A stretch of 64,000 nucleotides of DNA, taken from assembly GCA_964535585.1 (NCBI GenBank), contig CAZHTR010000002.1:77169-141168 (forward strand), given 5' to 3'. Each line of letters begins with the position of its first letter. Within the stretch, counting starts at the first letter, position 1. The stretch is from an uncultured bacterium. Lineage in GTDB: Bacteria; Fidelibacterota; Fidelibacteria; Fidelibacterales; Fidelibacteraceae. A program made the translations under genes and the position numbers. This document shows positions 1 through 10,327 of this stretch, piece by piece. Below the pieces are notes generated by a model. It was given only the letters and a program-made list of their open reading frames with translations. It ran no database searches and was not told the DNA's origin.

Positions 1-335
1 CCATCCCGGTCATGCTGGTTCCCGTCATGGTGTTCCTGTCCGCGGCTTTTATTGCTTTTTCGACCGGGACAAGCTTCGGTACCTTCGCGCTCATGATACC
101 GCTGGCCGTACCTCTGGCACTCGACATGGGGGTCGGTTTACCCTTGGTCGTTTCGGCTGTATTGGGCGGCGGGGTTTTTGGAGACCATTGTTCGCCGATC
201 TCGGATACCACCATCGTTGCATCCATGGCATCCGCCTGCGATCATATTGACCATGTCAACACACAGCTTCCGTACGCGCTGCTAAGCGCCGGAATAGCAT
301 CCGTCATATATATTATTGCAGGAATAGCGATATGA
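1..335 (+). CDS. NhaC-family Na+/H+ antiporter, C-terminal fragment (5' end lies outside the window)
   Basis: The frame is open to the window edge. The tail GDHCSPISDTTIVASMASACDHIDHVNTQLPYAL parallels the C-terminus of the full-length paralog at 5715..7433 (GDHCSPISDTTILSSMGAGCDHLAHVNTQIMYAL). Confidence 0.8.
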   Translation, partial: IPVMLVPVMVFLSAAFIAFSTGTSFGTFALMIPLAVPLALDMGVGLPLVVSAVLGGGVFGDHCSPISDTTIVASMASACDHIDHVNTQLPYALLSAGIASVIYIIAGIAI

Positions 336-1177
336 TACATCCCAAAATGAAATATTATGTAAAACTGGCGCGTCCTGCCAATATTGGACTGGTCATTGCG
401 GTGGTACTGATCACCTCCGCTTTTTTTACTCCCTATCCGCCGATCTGGCGCGTGTTGCTTGCGATTGTCTGTGTTTCATTTATTACTGCTGCGGGGAATG
501 CGCTTAACGATATCTGCGATATTGAAATAGACAGGATCAACAAGCCCAAGCGTCCGCTACCGGCGCAGTTGATCACGGTAGAGGGAGCACGCGGTTTTAT
601 GCTTATCATGTTCGTGCTCGGCAATCTGGCGGCTTTACTGCTTGGTATTGGTCCGCTGCTGATCTCTTTGCTCATTGTTACCCCGATGCTTTACTGGTAT
701 GCACATCATTTACGAAATGTCGCTCTCGCCGGGAATGTGCTGGTTGCCTTTCTATCATCACTTCCCTTTCTGTTCGCGGCCCTTGCCTTCGGCGATATGT
801 CGATCGGCTATGTGCCTGCCGTTTATTGTTTTGTGCTTTCCCTGATCCGCGAGATCGTTAAAGATCTGGAGGATCTTGACGGTGACGGAGCGCAAAACAG
901 CAGAACCCTGCCGGTCAGTATCGGCGAAACCCCGACCCGTATCCTTGCGGGCATTCTGATCGTTCTTTTTATCCCTTTCATCCCCCTGCCCTATGTCGCG
1001 GGCCTGTATGGAAAATGGTTCTTTTTTATTGCCGCCTTCGCGGGTGGTATCCCTCTGATCACGATCATGATCCAGCTGTTCCAGGTTAAACGCAAGATCA
1101 ATTATTATCAGATCGCATCTATGCTTAAGATCATTATGCTGATCGGGATCATTGCAATATTTCTGGGGAAATTCTGA
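332..1177 (+). CDS. UbiA-family prenyltransferase (DGGGP-synthase-like)
   Basis: The 281-aa protein is polytopic. It has a first Asp-rich motif NALNDICDIEIDRINKPKRPLP and a second acidic patch KDLEDLDGD. Its ATGA start overlaps the stop of the upstream gene. Confidence 0.8.
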   Translation: MIHPKMKYYVKLARPANIGLVIAVVLITSAFFTPYPPIWRVLLAIVCVSFITAAGNALNDICDIEIDRINKPKRPLPAQLITVEGARGFMLIMFVLGNLAALLLGIGPLLISLLIVTPMLYWYAHHLRNVALAGNVLVAFLSSLPFLFAALAFGDMSIGYVPAVYCFVLSLIREIVKDLEDLDGDGAQNSRTLPVSIGETPTRILAGILIVLFIPFIPLPYVAGLYGKWFFFIAAFAGGIPLITIMIQLFQVKRKINYYQIASMLKIIMLIGIIAIFLGKF

Positions 1178-1274
1178 TCTTTCTGACGAATATTTCCTAA
1201 ATATCTTTATTTTAGACCCATAGTTAATTATATTCCCCTTGAGTATAGCCAAAAACTTAAGAAAGGATGTTAAG

Positions 1275-2819
1275 ATGATCAAAGTAAGTGTAATCCTCCA
1301 CTACTACAAAGCAAAAGCCTTTAGCGAAGAGCATATAAAGGCGCAAATCGAAGGTATAGCGGGGCAAAGTTATAAGAACATCGAAACCATTATTATTACC
1401 TGCGACAAAAATGATGCAGAGAAGAAATTTGCCGCACTCTCACCAAAATGGGTTGCCTGCCAGGATGATGTTGCCATCAATCTGAATAAAGCCCTGTCGA
1501 TCGCGAGCGGAGAATGGATCTTATTGATCGATAATCGTGACAATCCCGTCATGATGAAAAAAGCCGCAATTGACGGTTTTGTCCTCGGTGCGGAACGTCA
1601 TGAAGATGCGGGGTTATTCTATACCAGCTATGAACTGGAAGATAAGGGCACGGTCAAAGAGCTACACTTGCTGGACCATCATATCGGCCGTGTTCGTGAC
1701 AACATGGATTATGGAAAGGTATATTTCATCCGCAAGACCGCGCTCGAAGCGATCGGCGGAATGGATGAATCGGTAAAATATAATCATTTTTACGATCTGC
1801 GTCTGAAGATATCCGAAAAATATAAACTCTACCGTATCGCCAACCGCTACAGCGGTTCCTATTACCGTGTTGTGGCGGCGGGTAAAAAAGCGGATGTTTT
1901 CGACTATCTCAAGGCGGGAAAGGATATTCAGCTTGAAGCCGAACGGGTTTTTACCAACCATCTGAAACGTATTGGAGCCTATCTTAAGCCCGGCGTGCTG
2001 ATGCCGATTAAAGAAGAGTATAAAGATAAATCCACCCTTAAGGCATCCATTATCATTCCCGTCGGTCACCGTCCCGAATTTATCGGGCCGGCCATTGACA
2101 GTGTTCAGCGTCAGACCGTCCGGGATATCGAAGTTATCGTTATGGTCAACGGGGGCGAAGACGACCCGACGGCAGATGTCGTGCGCAAATACATGGAAGG
2201 CGGAGATAAATATGATGCTTCAAAACCGGAAGTCCGCCTCTGCGTTCTGGACATTAACAGCATCGGCATGTGCTTAAACCTCGGCGCAAAGATCGCCCGC
2301 GGAAAATATTACGTACAGCTGGATTCGGACGATCAGCTGATCGAAGATGCGGTTGAAAAAATCCTCGCCGTTTACGATGCCGATCCGGAGATCGGTATGG
2401 TGGTCGGTTCTTACGAAGTATGGGAAAAACATGCGGACGGGACCATCACCCGTGTGGAAGATATTCCCGTTGTAACGCATGATGAATGGACCGATGATAA
2501 CGGACGCAACAATCTGCTGCGCATCAACGGTGCCGGAGCTCCGCGTTCCGCACGCATTGAAGTGATCAAGAACGCCGGATATTTCAGCATTAACGATGAT
2601 CCCTATGCCCGTAATTACGGTGAAGATTACGAACTGGTGAACAAGGTTGCCGAACATTATAAAATCGGCCGCGTCTGGGATCCCATTTACAAAGTTGTGC
2701 GTCATGCCGGCGGTACGGACCACAGTATTGATCAGCACACGATCGACCGGAACGATAACGCCAAGGATTGGGTTCGTATGGAAACCATTCTGCGGCGGCA
2801 GGCCTTTAATAAAAAATAG
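1275..2819 (+). CDS. Two-domain family-2 glycosyltransferase
   Basis: There are two GT2-like halves (VSVILHYY...SYKNIETIIITCD and ASIIIPVGHRPEF...RDIEVIVMVNGGEDD...VQLDSDDQL). I chose the ATG at 1275 behind AAAGGA over the TTG at 1239 in the ORF track. Confidence 0.8.
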   Translation: MIKVSVILHYYKAKAFSEEHIKAQIEGIAGQSYKNIETIIITCDKNDAEKKFAALSPKWVACQDDVAINLNKALSIASGEWILLIDNRDNPVMMKKAAIDGFVLGAERHEDAGLFYTSYELEDKGTVKELHLLDHHIGRVRDNMDYGKVYFIRKTALEAIGGMDESVKYNHFYDLRLKISEKYKLYRIANRYSGSYYRVVAAGKKADVFDYLKAGKDIQLEAERVFTNHLKRIGAYLKPGVLMPIKEEYKDKSTLKASIIIPVGHRPEFIGPAIDSVQRQTVRDIEVIVMVNGGEDDPTADVVRKYMEGGDKYDASKPEVRLCVLDINSIGMCLNLGAKIARGKYYVQLDSDDQLIEDAVEKILAVYDADPEIGMVVGSYEVWEKHADGTITRVEDIPVVTHDEWTDDNGRNNLLRINGAGAPRSARIEVIKNAGYFSINDDPYARNYGEDYELVNKVAEHYKIGRVWDPIYKVVRHAGGTDHSIDQHTIDRNDNAKDWVRMETILRRQAFNKK

Positions 2820-2833
2820 GCGTATTTAATATG

Positions 2834-2863
2834 AAAAACCCGTCCTCTGAGACGGGTTTTTTT
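2834..2863 (+). terminator. Rho-independent terminator after the GT2 gene
   Basis: Stem ACCCGTC (2838-2844) pairs with GACGGGT (2851-2857) around a 6-nt loop, followed by a T-run at 2857-2863. Confidence 0.7.
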
Positions 2864-2998
2864 ATATCCGGTGCCCGATGATCGGGAGAAATAATTAGGT
2901 GTTGGATTATCCCCTCATTGCATTTTGAGGGAAATCATTGTAACTTAACTGAGCGTTGAATAAAAGGAATACGTATAAAAGCAAAGAACGGAGAAATC

Positions 2999-4192
2999 AT
3001 GGCAAAGACATTATTAGTGGGTATTGACGGGGGCGCAACAAAGATAAGCGGTTGGACGACCGAGGTCAACAAGGACAAGACCTTTATGCTTGGAGATATA
3101 AATGTTGTAAAAGAATACCGCGAATACAGTGAATATATGCCATCTTTCAAGCCGGTTAACATTCAATTGCAGTTGGGTGAAATGAACGAAGACGAGATCG
3201 ATCTGACCGTAGAAGAAAAGCTGCACGGCAAATCCTATATGTATGCAGCCGCGGATGTCATTATTGAACTGGCAAAAAAGGTCGGCGCCGAACGCGTGTT
3301 GGTCGGTATCGGCATGCCAGGACTCAAGTCCAAAGATAAGCGCGGTATTGTTGCGCTTGCCAACGGACCCAGAATGCCGGAATATTGCAAAGTGATCGAA
3401 GAGCGTGTCGGGGCTGCCGGTATTATCATGGACAAACCGATCCATCATCTGGGCAGTGATGCCGACTATTGCGGCATCGGCGAGGAGTACAGCCAGAACG
3501 GCTTGTTTAGAAATGTCGAAAACGCCTATTATCTGGGTGGCGGTACCGGGGTCGCGGATGCCATGAAGCTTAAGGGAAAACTCCTTCCTTTCGATCAGGC
3601 AAAGACGTGGATCGCCAAAGCCTGGGAAATGAAGAACAGCGACGGGAAGTCCATGGAACGCTTTGCATCCTCCAACGGTATTCAGGCTATATACAGTGAA
3701 TTTTCCGACATCCCGGTTCACGAACTGAACGAAAAAGGTGTTTATCCCCCACAGATCATGGACCTGTATGATGAGGACCCCGCAGCAAAACGGACATTCA
3801 ATGATGTCAGTTACAATATCGCCAAACTGCTGTTTGAGCGTATTGTTACCATCTACAGCGGGTGGCGGCACTATTTTGAGTTTGTGAACTCAAATCGAGC
3901 GGATCTTGAAGAGAAACATCCTTACCGCAACATGCTGCTTGACAGCATTATTATCGGTCAGCGTCTGGGCGATCTGCTTGCATCATCAAAAGGCAAAGAT
4001 GTTTTTTACGAACCGTTCTTTGATTTCCTCACTAAGTTCATCGTTGAATGTCCCTATCTTGACGCCAAGTTTAAAAATCACTATCTGAAGGATGATCTTT
4101 TCGATGAAGCGCTCATCAAGACATCCAATTTGCGCGAAGCTCCGGCGATAGGTGCGGGTGTCGATGCATATTTGACGTATCATAAGGATTGA
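2999..4192 (+). CDS. BadF/BadG/BcrA/BcrD-type ATPase (N-acetylglucosamine-kinase-like, ASKHA fold)
   Basis: It shows the phosphate-1 motif LLVGIDGGATKISGW, then VGIGMPGL, then YYLGGGTGVADA. Confidence 0.65.
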   Translation: MAKTLLVGIDGGATKISGWTTEVNKDKTFMLGDINVVKEYREYSEYMPSFKPVNIQLQLGEMNEDEIDLTVEEKLHGKSYMYAAADVIIELAKKVGAERVLVGIGMPGLKSKDKRGIVALANGPRMPEYCKVIEERVGAAGIIMDKPIHHLGSDADYCGIGEEYSQNGLFRNVENAYYLGGGTGVADAMKLKGKLLPFDQAKTWIAKAWEMKNSDGKSMERFASSNGIQAIYSEFSDIPVHELNEKGVYPPQIMDLYDEDPAAKRTFNDVSYNIAKLLFERIVTIYSGWRHYFEFVNSNRADLEEKHPYRNMLLDSIIIGQRLGDLLASSKGKDVFYEPFFDFLTKFIVECPYLDAKFKNHYLKDDLFDEALIKTSNLREAPAIGAGVDAYLTYHKD

Positions 4193-4198
4193 TTTCGC

Positions 4199-5095
4199 GT
4201 GAGCGAACAACTTATAAAATTAAAATTCAAGGGGAATCGCAGGGAGTACTATTATAATCCCATGCAATTTCCCATTCAAGCGGGCGACTGCCTCGTAGTG
4301 GAAACCGACAAGGGTGAAGATTTTGGTATCGTTGTTGCCACGGCAAAGGATTATCAACCCAAAACACCCCCGCCGCCTTACCAGATCCTTCGTAAGGCCA
4401 ATGACCGGGACATGCAGACCCTGCGGCAAAACCGTACGGACGAAGATGATATCTTAAGTCAAAGCCGGGAAAAAATACGGGAACTGAACCTGCAGATGAA
4501 ACTCATGGATGTTGAATATCAGCTTGACCGTAAAAAACTGTCCTTTTATTATACCGCCGACGAGCGGGTGGATTTCCGTGAACTCGTACGGGTTCTTGCA
4601 GGGATGTTTCGGACCCGTATTGAAATGCGGCAGATCGGCGTGCGGGACGAAACCAAACGATTGAACGGGGTCGGGGCATGCGGCATGCCTTTGTGCTGCA
4701 GCACTTTTTTGGAGTCCTTTGAACCGGTCAGCACTCAGACCGCCAAGGATCAAAATCTTCCGATGAACCCCCTTAAGCTCAGCGGACAATGCAGTAAACT
4801 GAAATGCTGCCTTTTGTACGAACACGGTTTTTATATGGAAGAGCTCCATAAATATCCTCCCGTCGGGGAGCCGTTGCTCAAAAATCAGCGCAAAGGCTAT
4901 ATTCAGAAGATCGATATTTTTACCCAGACGGTCACCTGTGATTTTGAGGACGACACCCGCGAGGTCATTCCCGTCAGTGAGATCCGGGATTATCTGAGCG
5001 CCGCCCAAAGTCAGGGCCTAAAGAAACTGACGCATGTATTGCATGACCTTATGGGGAATGACGCAAGAGCATTAGAGCAAATAGAAGATAAATAA
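4199..5095 (+). CDS. PSP1-domain protein (YaaT/RicT-like)
   Basis: GTG start. The block KLSFYYTADERVDFRELVRVLAGMFRTRIEMRQIGVRDETKRLNGVGACGMPLCCSTFL is typical of the PSP1 C-terminal domain. Confidence 0.8.
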   Translation: MSEQLIKLKFKGNRREYYYNPMQFPIQAGDCLVVETDKGEDFGIVVATAKDYQPKTPPPPYQILRKANDRDMQTLRQNRTDEDDILSQSREKIRELNLQMKLMDVEYQLDRKKLSFYYTADERVDFRELVRVLAGMFRTRIEMRQIGVRDETKRLNGVGACGMPLCCSTFLESFEPVSTQTAKDQNLPMNPLKLSGQCSKLKCCLLYEHGFYMEELHKYPPVGEPLLKNQRKGYIQKIDIFTQTVTCDFEDDTREVIPVSEIRDYLSAAQSQGLKKLTHVLHDLMGNDARALEQIEDK

Positions 5096-5686
5096 ATGAA
5101 AAGTATCGCTGTTACCGGCGGGCTGGGATCCGGCAAATCCGCCGCCCTTGGCATCTTTTACCAACTGGGCGCCAATACTCTCAGTGCGGACGATATTGCA
5201 AAACATTTATTGCAGGTCAATCCCGATCTGATCAGGAGTGTCAAAGAAACTTTTGGGGAAGCCTGCTATCTTGACGGTGAACTGCAGACGCATATATTGG
5301 CGGCACGCGCTTTCGCCACCCCGGAAGAACAAAGGACCCTCAATGCGCTGGTCCACCCGCTGTTAAGAACATATCTGCACAAATACATCTCCGCGACCAA
5401 AGCCGTCCCGGGTATTTTAATGGTTGAAGCAGCGATCCTTCTGGAAGCGGGTTTTGAGGATCTGTTCGACAAGACCCTTCTGATTACAGCCGATAAAGAT
5501 ATCCGTATTCAACGGGCTGTCCGCGACGGGCATTTGCCGGAGGAGGACATTCTCCGGCGCATATCGCTTCAGATGCCGGAAGAAGAAAAGCGCGCACGCG
5601 CGGATCATGTGATCGAGAATAACGGCAGCCGGGAAGATCTTTTTGAGACATGTTCCGCCTTCTGGGAAATGATCCACAAAGAATAA
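5096..5686 (+). CDS. coaE: Dephospho-CoA kinase
   Basis: N-terminal P-loop IAVTGGLGSGKSAA, a length of 196 aa, and a start directly abutting the upstream stop. Confidence 0.85.
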   Translation: MKSIAVTGGLGSGKSAALGIFYQLGANTLSADDIAKHLLQVNPDLIRSVKETFGEACYLDGELQTHILAARAFATPEEQRTLNALVHPLLRTYLHKYISATKAVPGILMVEAAILLEAGFEDLFDKTLLITADKDIRIQRAVRDGHLPEEDILRRISLQMPEEEKRARADHVIENNGSREDLFETCSAFWEMIHKE

Positions 5687-5714
5687 TAAACACTCATATT
5701 CGACAGAATAGTGT

Positions 5715-7433
5715 CTATGCGGACATTCGGGGATATTTCATCTTCGGTTTTCCGGCATCCTCCGCATGCTTTCCGAAAATGAAAAGCAAGGCCGTAACGG
5801 CAGCCGCTCCCACCAGGAGACAGATATACACCGGAACGCCCAGAGAAACGGGAATAAAGCAAAAAATGATCGCGATCAGTGCAACAGGTAGTGCATACAT
5901 GATCTGTGTGTTCACATGCGCAAGATGGTCACAACCCGCACCCATGGAAGACAGGATCGTCGTATCGGAAATGGGCGAACAATGATCCCCGAAAATAGCA
6001 CCCGTAAGTACGGAACCGATGTTCATATAAAGAAAAACCGGTTCGGGCGATATGGCATAGGCCAGCGGTATGGTCAGCGGCATCAGAATACCCATAGTAC
6101 CGTAGGACGTGCCGGTGGCAAAAGAGATAACGGCAGCCATGATAAATATGACCAATGCCAGCAGAAAAGGAGGCATTTTCCCACTGATGAGACCGACAAG
6201 ATAATCGGCGGTACCCAAACTGCCGATGATGCCGCTGAGCGACCAGGCCAGGATCAGGATCGTAACCGTTATGACCATTGTACCCGCACCTTTTATCCAG
6301 GCATTTACGGCTTTTTTAATGGAGAATATCTTTTGTCTGCTTCCCATGAAAATTGCCACAAGACAGGCCAGCAGTGCTGCCTGACTCAGGGCCAGACTGG
6401 CATTCGACTCACTGAAACATTCCCGGAGTGTCGCAAAGGAAAAAGAGGACGTTACGATCGCAAGCTGTTCGGCATTGGCGGCAGCGAGGATGTTCTGATA
6501 TCCGTTATAGAACAGCGCGGCAAAGGCAGCCACGATCAGAGTGAGTACCGGAACAAGGGCGTTGGATACTTTCAGGGGACCCTTCCTGCCGGTGCTGAGT
6601 TTTTCCGTATCCGCCGCGGACATGATGGAAGCATCATCGGCAAAGACCTTTCCTTCAAGGCGTGCACGGCGCTCGGCCCTTAACATCGGACCGAAATCCC
6701 GCCGCGTTTTCGCACTGACAAAAATAAAGAGCAGAATAAGCAGACTGTAGAAACGATAGGGAATGGTTTGAATAAAAACACTGTAGGCATTCGCTTCGAT
6801 CCCGAGAGCGGCATATCCCTGCCGGATCAGTCCGAGTTCGTATCCGATCCAGGTTGAGATCAGCGCGATATCCGCGATAGGTGCTGCGGTGGAATCAATG
6901 ATAAATGCCAGTTTTTCCCTGCTGACTTTCAGTTTATCCGTGACCGGCCGCATGATCGGTCCGACAGTGAGCAGATTAGCATAATCGTCAAAGAAAATAA
7001 AGATCCCCATCAACCAGGTGTAGATCTGCGCACTTGCCGCGGACCGGGCTTTTTTGGCCATTTTCTCCGCGATGGCACGCGTGCCGCCCATGACGGAGAT
7101 CAGCGCGATCAGCCCGCCGATGGTAAATGTCTGAACAACAATACCCGCATTCCAGGGATCGGAGAGGGCGTTGATCATTTCCTGTGTCATTAACACAAAT
7201 GCCCGGATAATGGCCGAGGCCCAGTGCCCCTCGCGCAGCGCAACCAGATACGCACCCGAAAAAATACCGGTGAAAAGAGAGAAGACCACGTTTTTGCTGA
7301 TAAAAGCGAGCGAAATGGCGACCAGGGGAGGAATGATGCTCCATATTCCCCAGCCATCGGGGAAAAGCGGAAGCAAAAAAGGCATCAGAACGATCAAAAG
7401 AACAAGGAATACAAGCGTAATTATTTTTTTCAT
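5715..7433 (-). CDS. NhaC-family Na+/H+ antiporter
   Basis: The 572-aa protein is polytopic and carries the conserved GDHCSPISDTT...CDHLAHVNTQ block. It is a paralog of the fragment at 1..335. Confidence 0.85.
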   Translation of the reverse strand: MKKIITLVFLVLLIVLMPFLLPLFPDGWGIWSIIPPLVAISLAFISKNVVFSLFTGIFSGAYLVALREGHWASAIIRAFVLMTQEMINALSDPWNAGIVVQTFTIGGLIALISVMGGTRAIAEKMAKKARSAASAQIYTWLMGIFIFFDDYANLLTVGPIMRPVTDKLKVSREKLAFIIDSTAAPIADIALISTWIGYELGLIRQGYAALGIEANAYSVFIQTIPYRFYSLLILLFIFVSAKTRRDFGPMLRAERRARLEGKVFADDASIMSAADTEKLSTGRKGPLKVSNALVPVLTLIVAAFAALFYNGYQNILAAANAEQLAIVTSSFSFATLRECFSESNASLALSQAALLACLVAIFMGSRQKIFSIKKAVNAWIKGAGTMVITVTILILAWSLSGIIGSLGTADYLVGLISGKMPPFLLALVIFIMAAVISFATGTSYGTMGILMPLTIPLAYAISPEPVFLYMNIGSVLTGAIFGDHCSPISDTTILSSMGAGCDHLAHVNTQIMYALPVALIAIIFCFIPVSLGVPVYICLLVGAAAVTALLFIFGKHAEDAGKPKMKYPRMSA

Positions 7434-7434
7434 T

Positions 7435-9246
7435 TTACTTCAAGAGGACCATTTTTTGAGTTAGCGGAGATCTCCCGGTTATATCGAGAACACAAATATA
7501 AATTCCGGAAGGATGGGCGGAAGCATCCCAGACAAGCGAAACGGAGCCCGTACCGCGCAATGGCGGCGTCAGAGTGGTTACCCTGTCGCCGCGCATATTG
7601 TATATGTGTACCTGCGCCGTCCCCTGCGCCGGAATGCCGTTCAGCGTATAGCGAATATTGACAAGAGGATTAAAGGGATTGGGATAAACCTGTAATACGG
7701 CATGATCTGCCGGCAAAACGGGCGATATATCCGTTGCGGGACGCGGTATGCTCATCCGGAGATCATCGAGTATCATATAGCCGGCAGAGGAATTGTATTT
7801 AAAGCCAATATGTACAGGAAGGTTTTTAAATGATCTTAAATTATAAACGTATCTGTTCCAGTTCGTATTGTTCGGTTCGATGGTACCGAGTTCGACCGTA
7901 AAACTGCCGCGCAGGGTATCGGTCAGCGAAAGCAGGACTTTCCCGCTGCGATTGGCGGCGGACATTTTTGCCCAGACCGCCAGTTCGGCATTGTCGTTAT
8001 CGGGAATGTGTATCTTCGGAGAGATCAGCCAACTGTTGCTCGCGCTGATGCCATATCCGTAATCGCCGGTATAGCTTGCGGTATAATAACCGTCACCACC
8101 ATAGATCCATCCCTTGAATGCGGTGCGCTCAAAGTCATTGTACGCAAAATAAATGGCGGGATCTGTGTTCGGACGAATACCGAAGACCGCTCCCTGCATT
8201 TCGGAAAAATCATAACCTTCCGCAGGTGTCAGCGCACTCAGGAGGAACCACCCGTCATAATTTCCGCCCCAGCCCCAATTAATATGATAATACGTTTTGG
8301 TATCCGTTATCTGATATCCGTCACACAGATAAGCATGTCCTCCCATATCTCCCTGACCGCGATACGGCACGGGAAAGCCGCTATCCAGCTCTTCTTTCAG
8401 CATATTTGACCATGTTGCGGTGTGATCCGACCTGTTGGCATGGAACATGCCGGGATGATAATCAAAATAACTGACCATAGCATAAAGCATATCATCGTAA
8501 GACGCATAGGATCCGTCCGTCCGGAATTCCATTTCAACGGATACCGCAGACCGGTACAGCAGTCCGGATACCTCTTTGATCTTATCCGCGGCAGAGCTTG
8601 CATTCAGACTATTGGGCATATTGTCCCAGTGAAAGGCCGTTGTATCGAACCAGGCGGTAAGCAGACTGTCCGTCCCGGCATCATAATAGCTTCGGCGTCC
8701 GATGCCGCGCGGAGGATGTTCATAATAGCGCATCAGTTGCCCCATGACCACCGCGACACATCCGGCATACGCTTTGGTTTCTGTGCCGGCAAACCTTGGG
8801 AACTGATCATTATAGTATGGAGATTGATTCCATGTGCTGGTGATAAGGGGTTGCACCTCGCTGCGGACGGCCGGTTTCGAAAAGCCGGGTTTCATATACA
8901 GATCCCAAGAGGCATGCCTGTCCCGAAGCTGCGGGAGGATTTTTTCCATTTCACGGCCGTATACACTGCAATGGTCGATAAATGCCGGATGCAAACGATC
9001 TGCCGCCTCATCATCCGAATAGGCAAGAACAGCGGGGAAACGGTCATCTGCCGCCATGAGCAAAAATCCACCGCCTTCAAAGGTTACCAAATGCAGATAC
9101 TCCGACATTGAAATATATTCTGCTGTGATCTTCTCGGGATAAAAACGTTCCGCAAGGGACATTGCCGTTTCCTTGCTGACCGGTGCGGCGATCAGTACGG
9201 AAAAGAAAAAGAAGAGGATCAGAAATGTATTTTTAAATCTTTGCAT
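7435..9246 (-). CDS. C10 (streptopain-like) cysteine peptidase with a T9SS C-terminal sorting domain
   Basis: Signal peptide present. Catalytic-Cys region WNQSPYYNDQFP...AGCVAVVMGQLMRYYEHP and His region GGHAYLCDGY...HINWGWGG. The C-terminus is VYPNPFNP...KMVLLK. Confidence 0.8.
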   Translation of the reverse strand: MQRFKNTFLILFFFFSVLIAAPVSKETAMSLAERFYPEKITAEYISMSEYLHLVTFEGGGFLLMAADDRFPAVLAYSDDEAADRLHPAFIDHCSVYGREMEKILPQLRDRHASWDLYMKPGFSKPAVRSEVQPLITSTWNQSPYYNDQFPRFAGTETKAYAGCVAVVMGQLMRYYEHPPRGIGRRSYYDAGTDSLLTAWFDTTAFHWDNMPNSLNASSAADKIKEVSGLLYRSAVSVEMEFRTDGSYASYDDMLYAMVSYFDYHPGMFHANRSDHTATWSNMLKEELDSGFPVPYRGQGDMGGHAYLCDGYQITDTKTYYHINWGWGGNYDGWFLLSALTPAEGYDFSEMQGAVFGIRPNTDPAIYFAYNDFERTAFKGWIYGGDGYYTASYTGDYGYGISASNSWLISPKIHIPDNDNAELAVWAKMSAANRSGKVLLSLTDTLRGSFTVELGTIEPNNTNWNRYVYNLRSFKNLPVHIGFKYNSSAGYMILDDLRMSIPRPATDISPVLPADHAVLQVYPNPFNPLVNIRYTLNGIPAQGTAQVHIYNMRGDRVTTLTPPLRGTGSVSLVWDASAHPSGIYICVLDITGRSPLTQKMVLLK

Positions 9247-9374
9247 GAGTATGCCCGTTTATCGAAAGATAAGTTAACATATCCCCGGAAAGGATAAAAC
9301 AATTTTATCGCAGAAGCCTGTGCCTCATGCTTCAAACAAATTTCATTGTACGCCGGAATATCGTATATTCGTGC

Positions 9375-10256
9375 ATGTACAAAAGCATTACCTGTAAGAC
9401 GGCACTGAACCCCCTGAACAGTTCCTATCTGCCCTATCGATGGGATCTGAACATTTACCGCGGCTGCGCCCATCGCTGCCGATATTGCTATGCGCTGTAT
9501 TCCCACGAATATCTGGGAGCGGGTGATTTTTTCGGCGAAATATTCATTAAAGAAAATATTGCTGAAATGCTGGAGAAAAAATTATACTCCCGCAACTGGA
9601 AACATGAAACGGTCAACCTTGGGGGCGTCACGGACAGTTACCAGCCCATTGAAGCGGATAGAAAGCTTATGCCGGATATTTTACGGCTTCTGATCAAATA
9701 CCGGACACCCGCCAGTATTTCAACAAAGTCCGTTCTTATTTTGCGCGATCTGCCGCTGTATGAGGAACTGGATAAGGTTGCGGGTGTCGATATCGCTTTC
9801 AGCATCACATGCCATGATGAAAGCATCCGTAAAAAGATCGAGCCTGCATCCGCATCATCAGCCGCGCGCTTTGAGGCGTTGAGGGAAATAAACCGGGCCG
9901 GTATCCGCAGCGGGATCTTGTTCATGCCCGTCCTGCCGTTTATAACGGACAGTGAACAGAATGTCCGGGCAATATACCGGAATGCGCAGGAAAGCGGCGC
10001 AGAGTTCGTTATCCCGGGGCTACTGAACCTGCGCGGAGCGACCCGCGGTCACTTCCTGAATTTTATCAGAAACACCTTTCCTGACCTGTATCCGCGATAT
10101 CAGAAGCACTACGGTTCGCGTGCCGAAAGGACCCCGTACCGAAACGCGTTCTATCACATGCTGGCGGAAATAAAAAACGCATATCCCCTCCGGCGGAAAA
10201 AACATGTACGCATTTCCGGGCAGAAACAACTGGAGCTGTTCGGGGCCGGGTATTAA
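9375..10256 (+). CDS. Radical SAM protein (SplB/COG1533-like)
   Basis: CxxxCxxC cluster NIYRGCAHRCRYCYA. I chose the ATG at 9375 (MYKSITCKTALNPL). The ORF track starts at 9327, which remains possible. Confidence 0.75.
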   Translation: MYKSITCKTALNPLNSSYLPYRWDLNIYRGCAHRCRYCYALYSHEYLGAGDFFGEIFIKENIAEMLEKKLYSRNWKHETVNLGGVTDSYQPIEADRKLMPDILRLLIKYRTPASISTKSVLILRDLPLYEELDKVAGVDIAFSITCHDESIRKKIEPASASSAARFEALREINRAGIRSGILFMPVLPFITDSEQNVRAIYRNAQESGAEFVIPGLLNLRGATRGHFLNFIRNTFPDLYPRYQKHYGSRAERTPYRNAFYHMLAEIKNAYPLRRKKHVRISGQKQLELFGAGY

Positions 10257-10327
10257 GTTAAAAAATGTTTTGACATATAGTACTTTTTCTTATATTCGTT
10301 GGACATAAACAAATCATGGAGGGAAAC

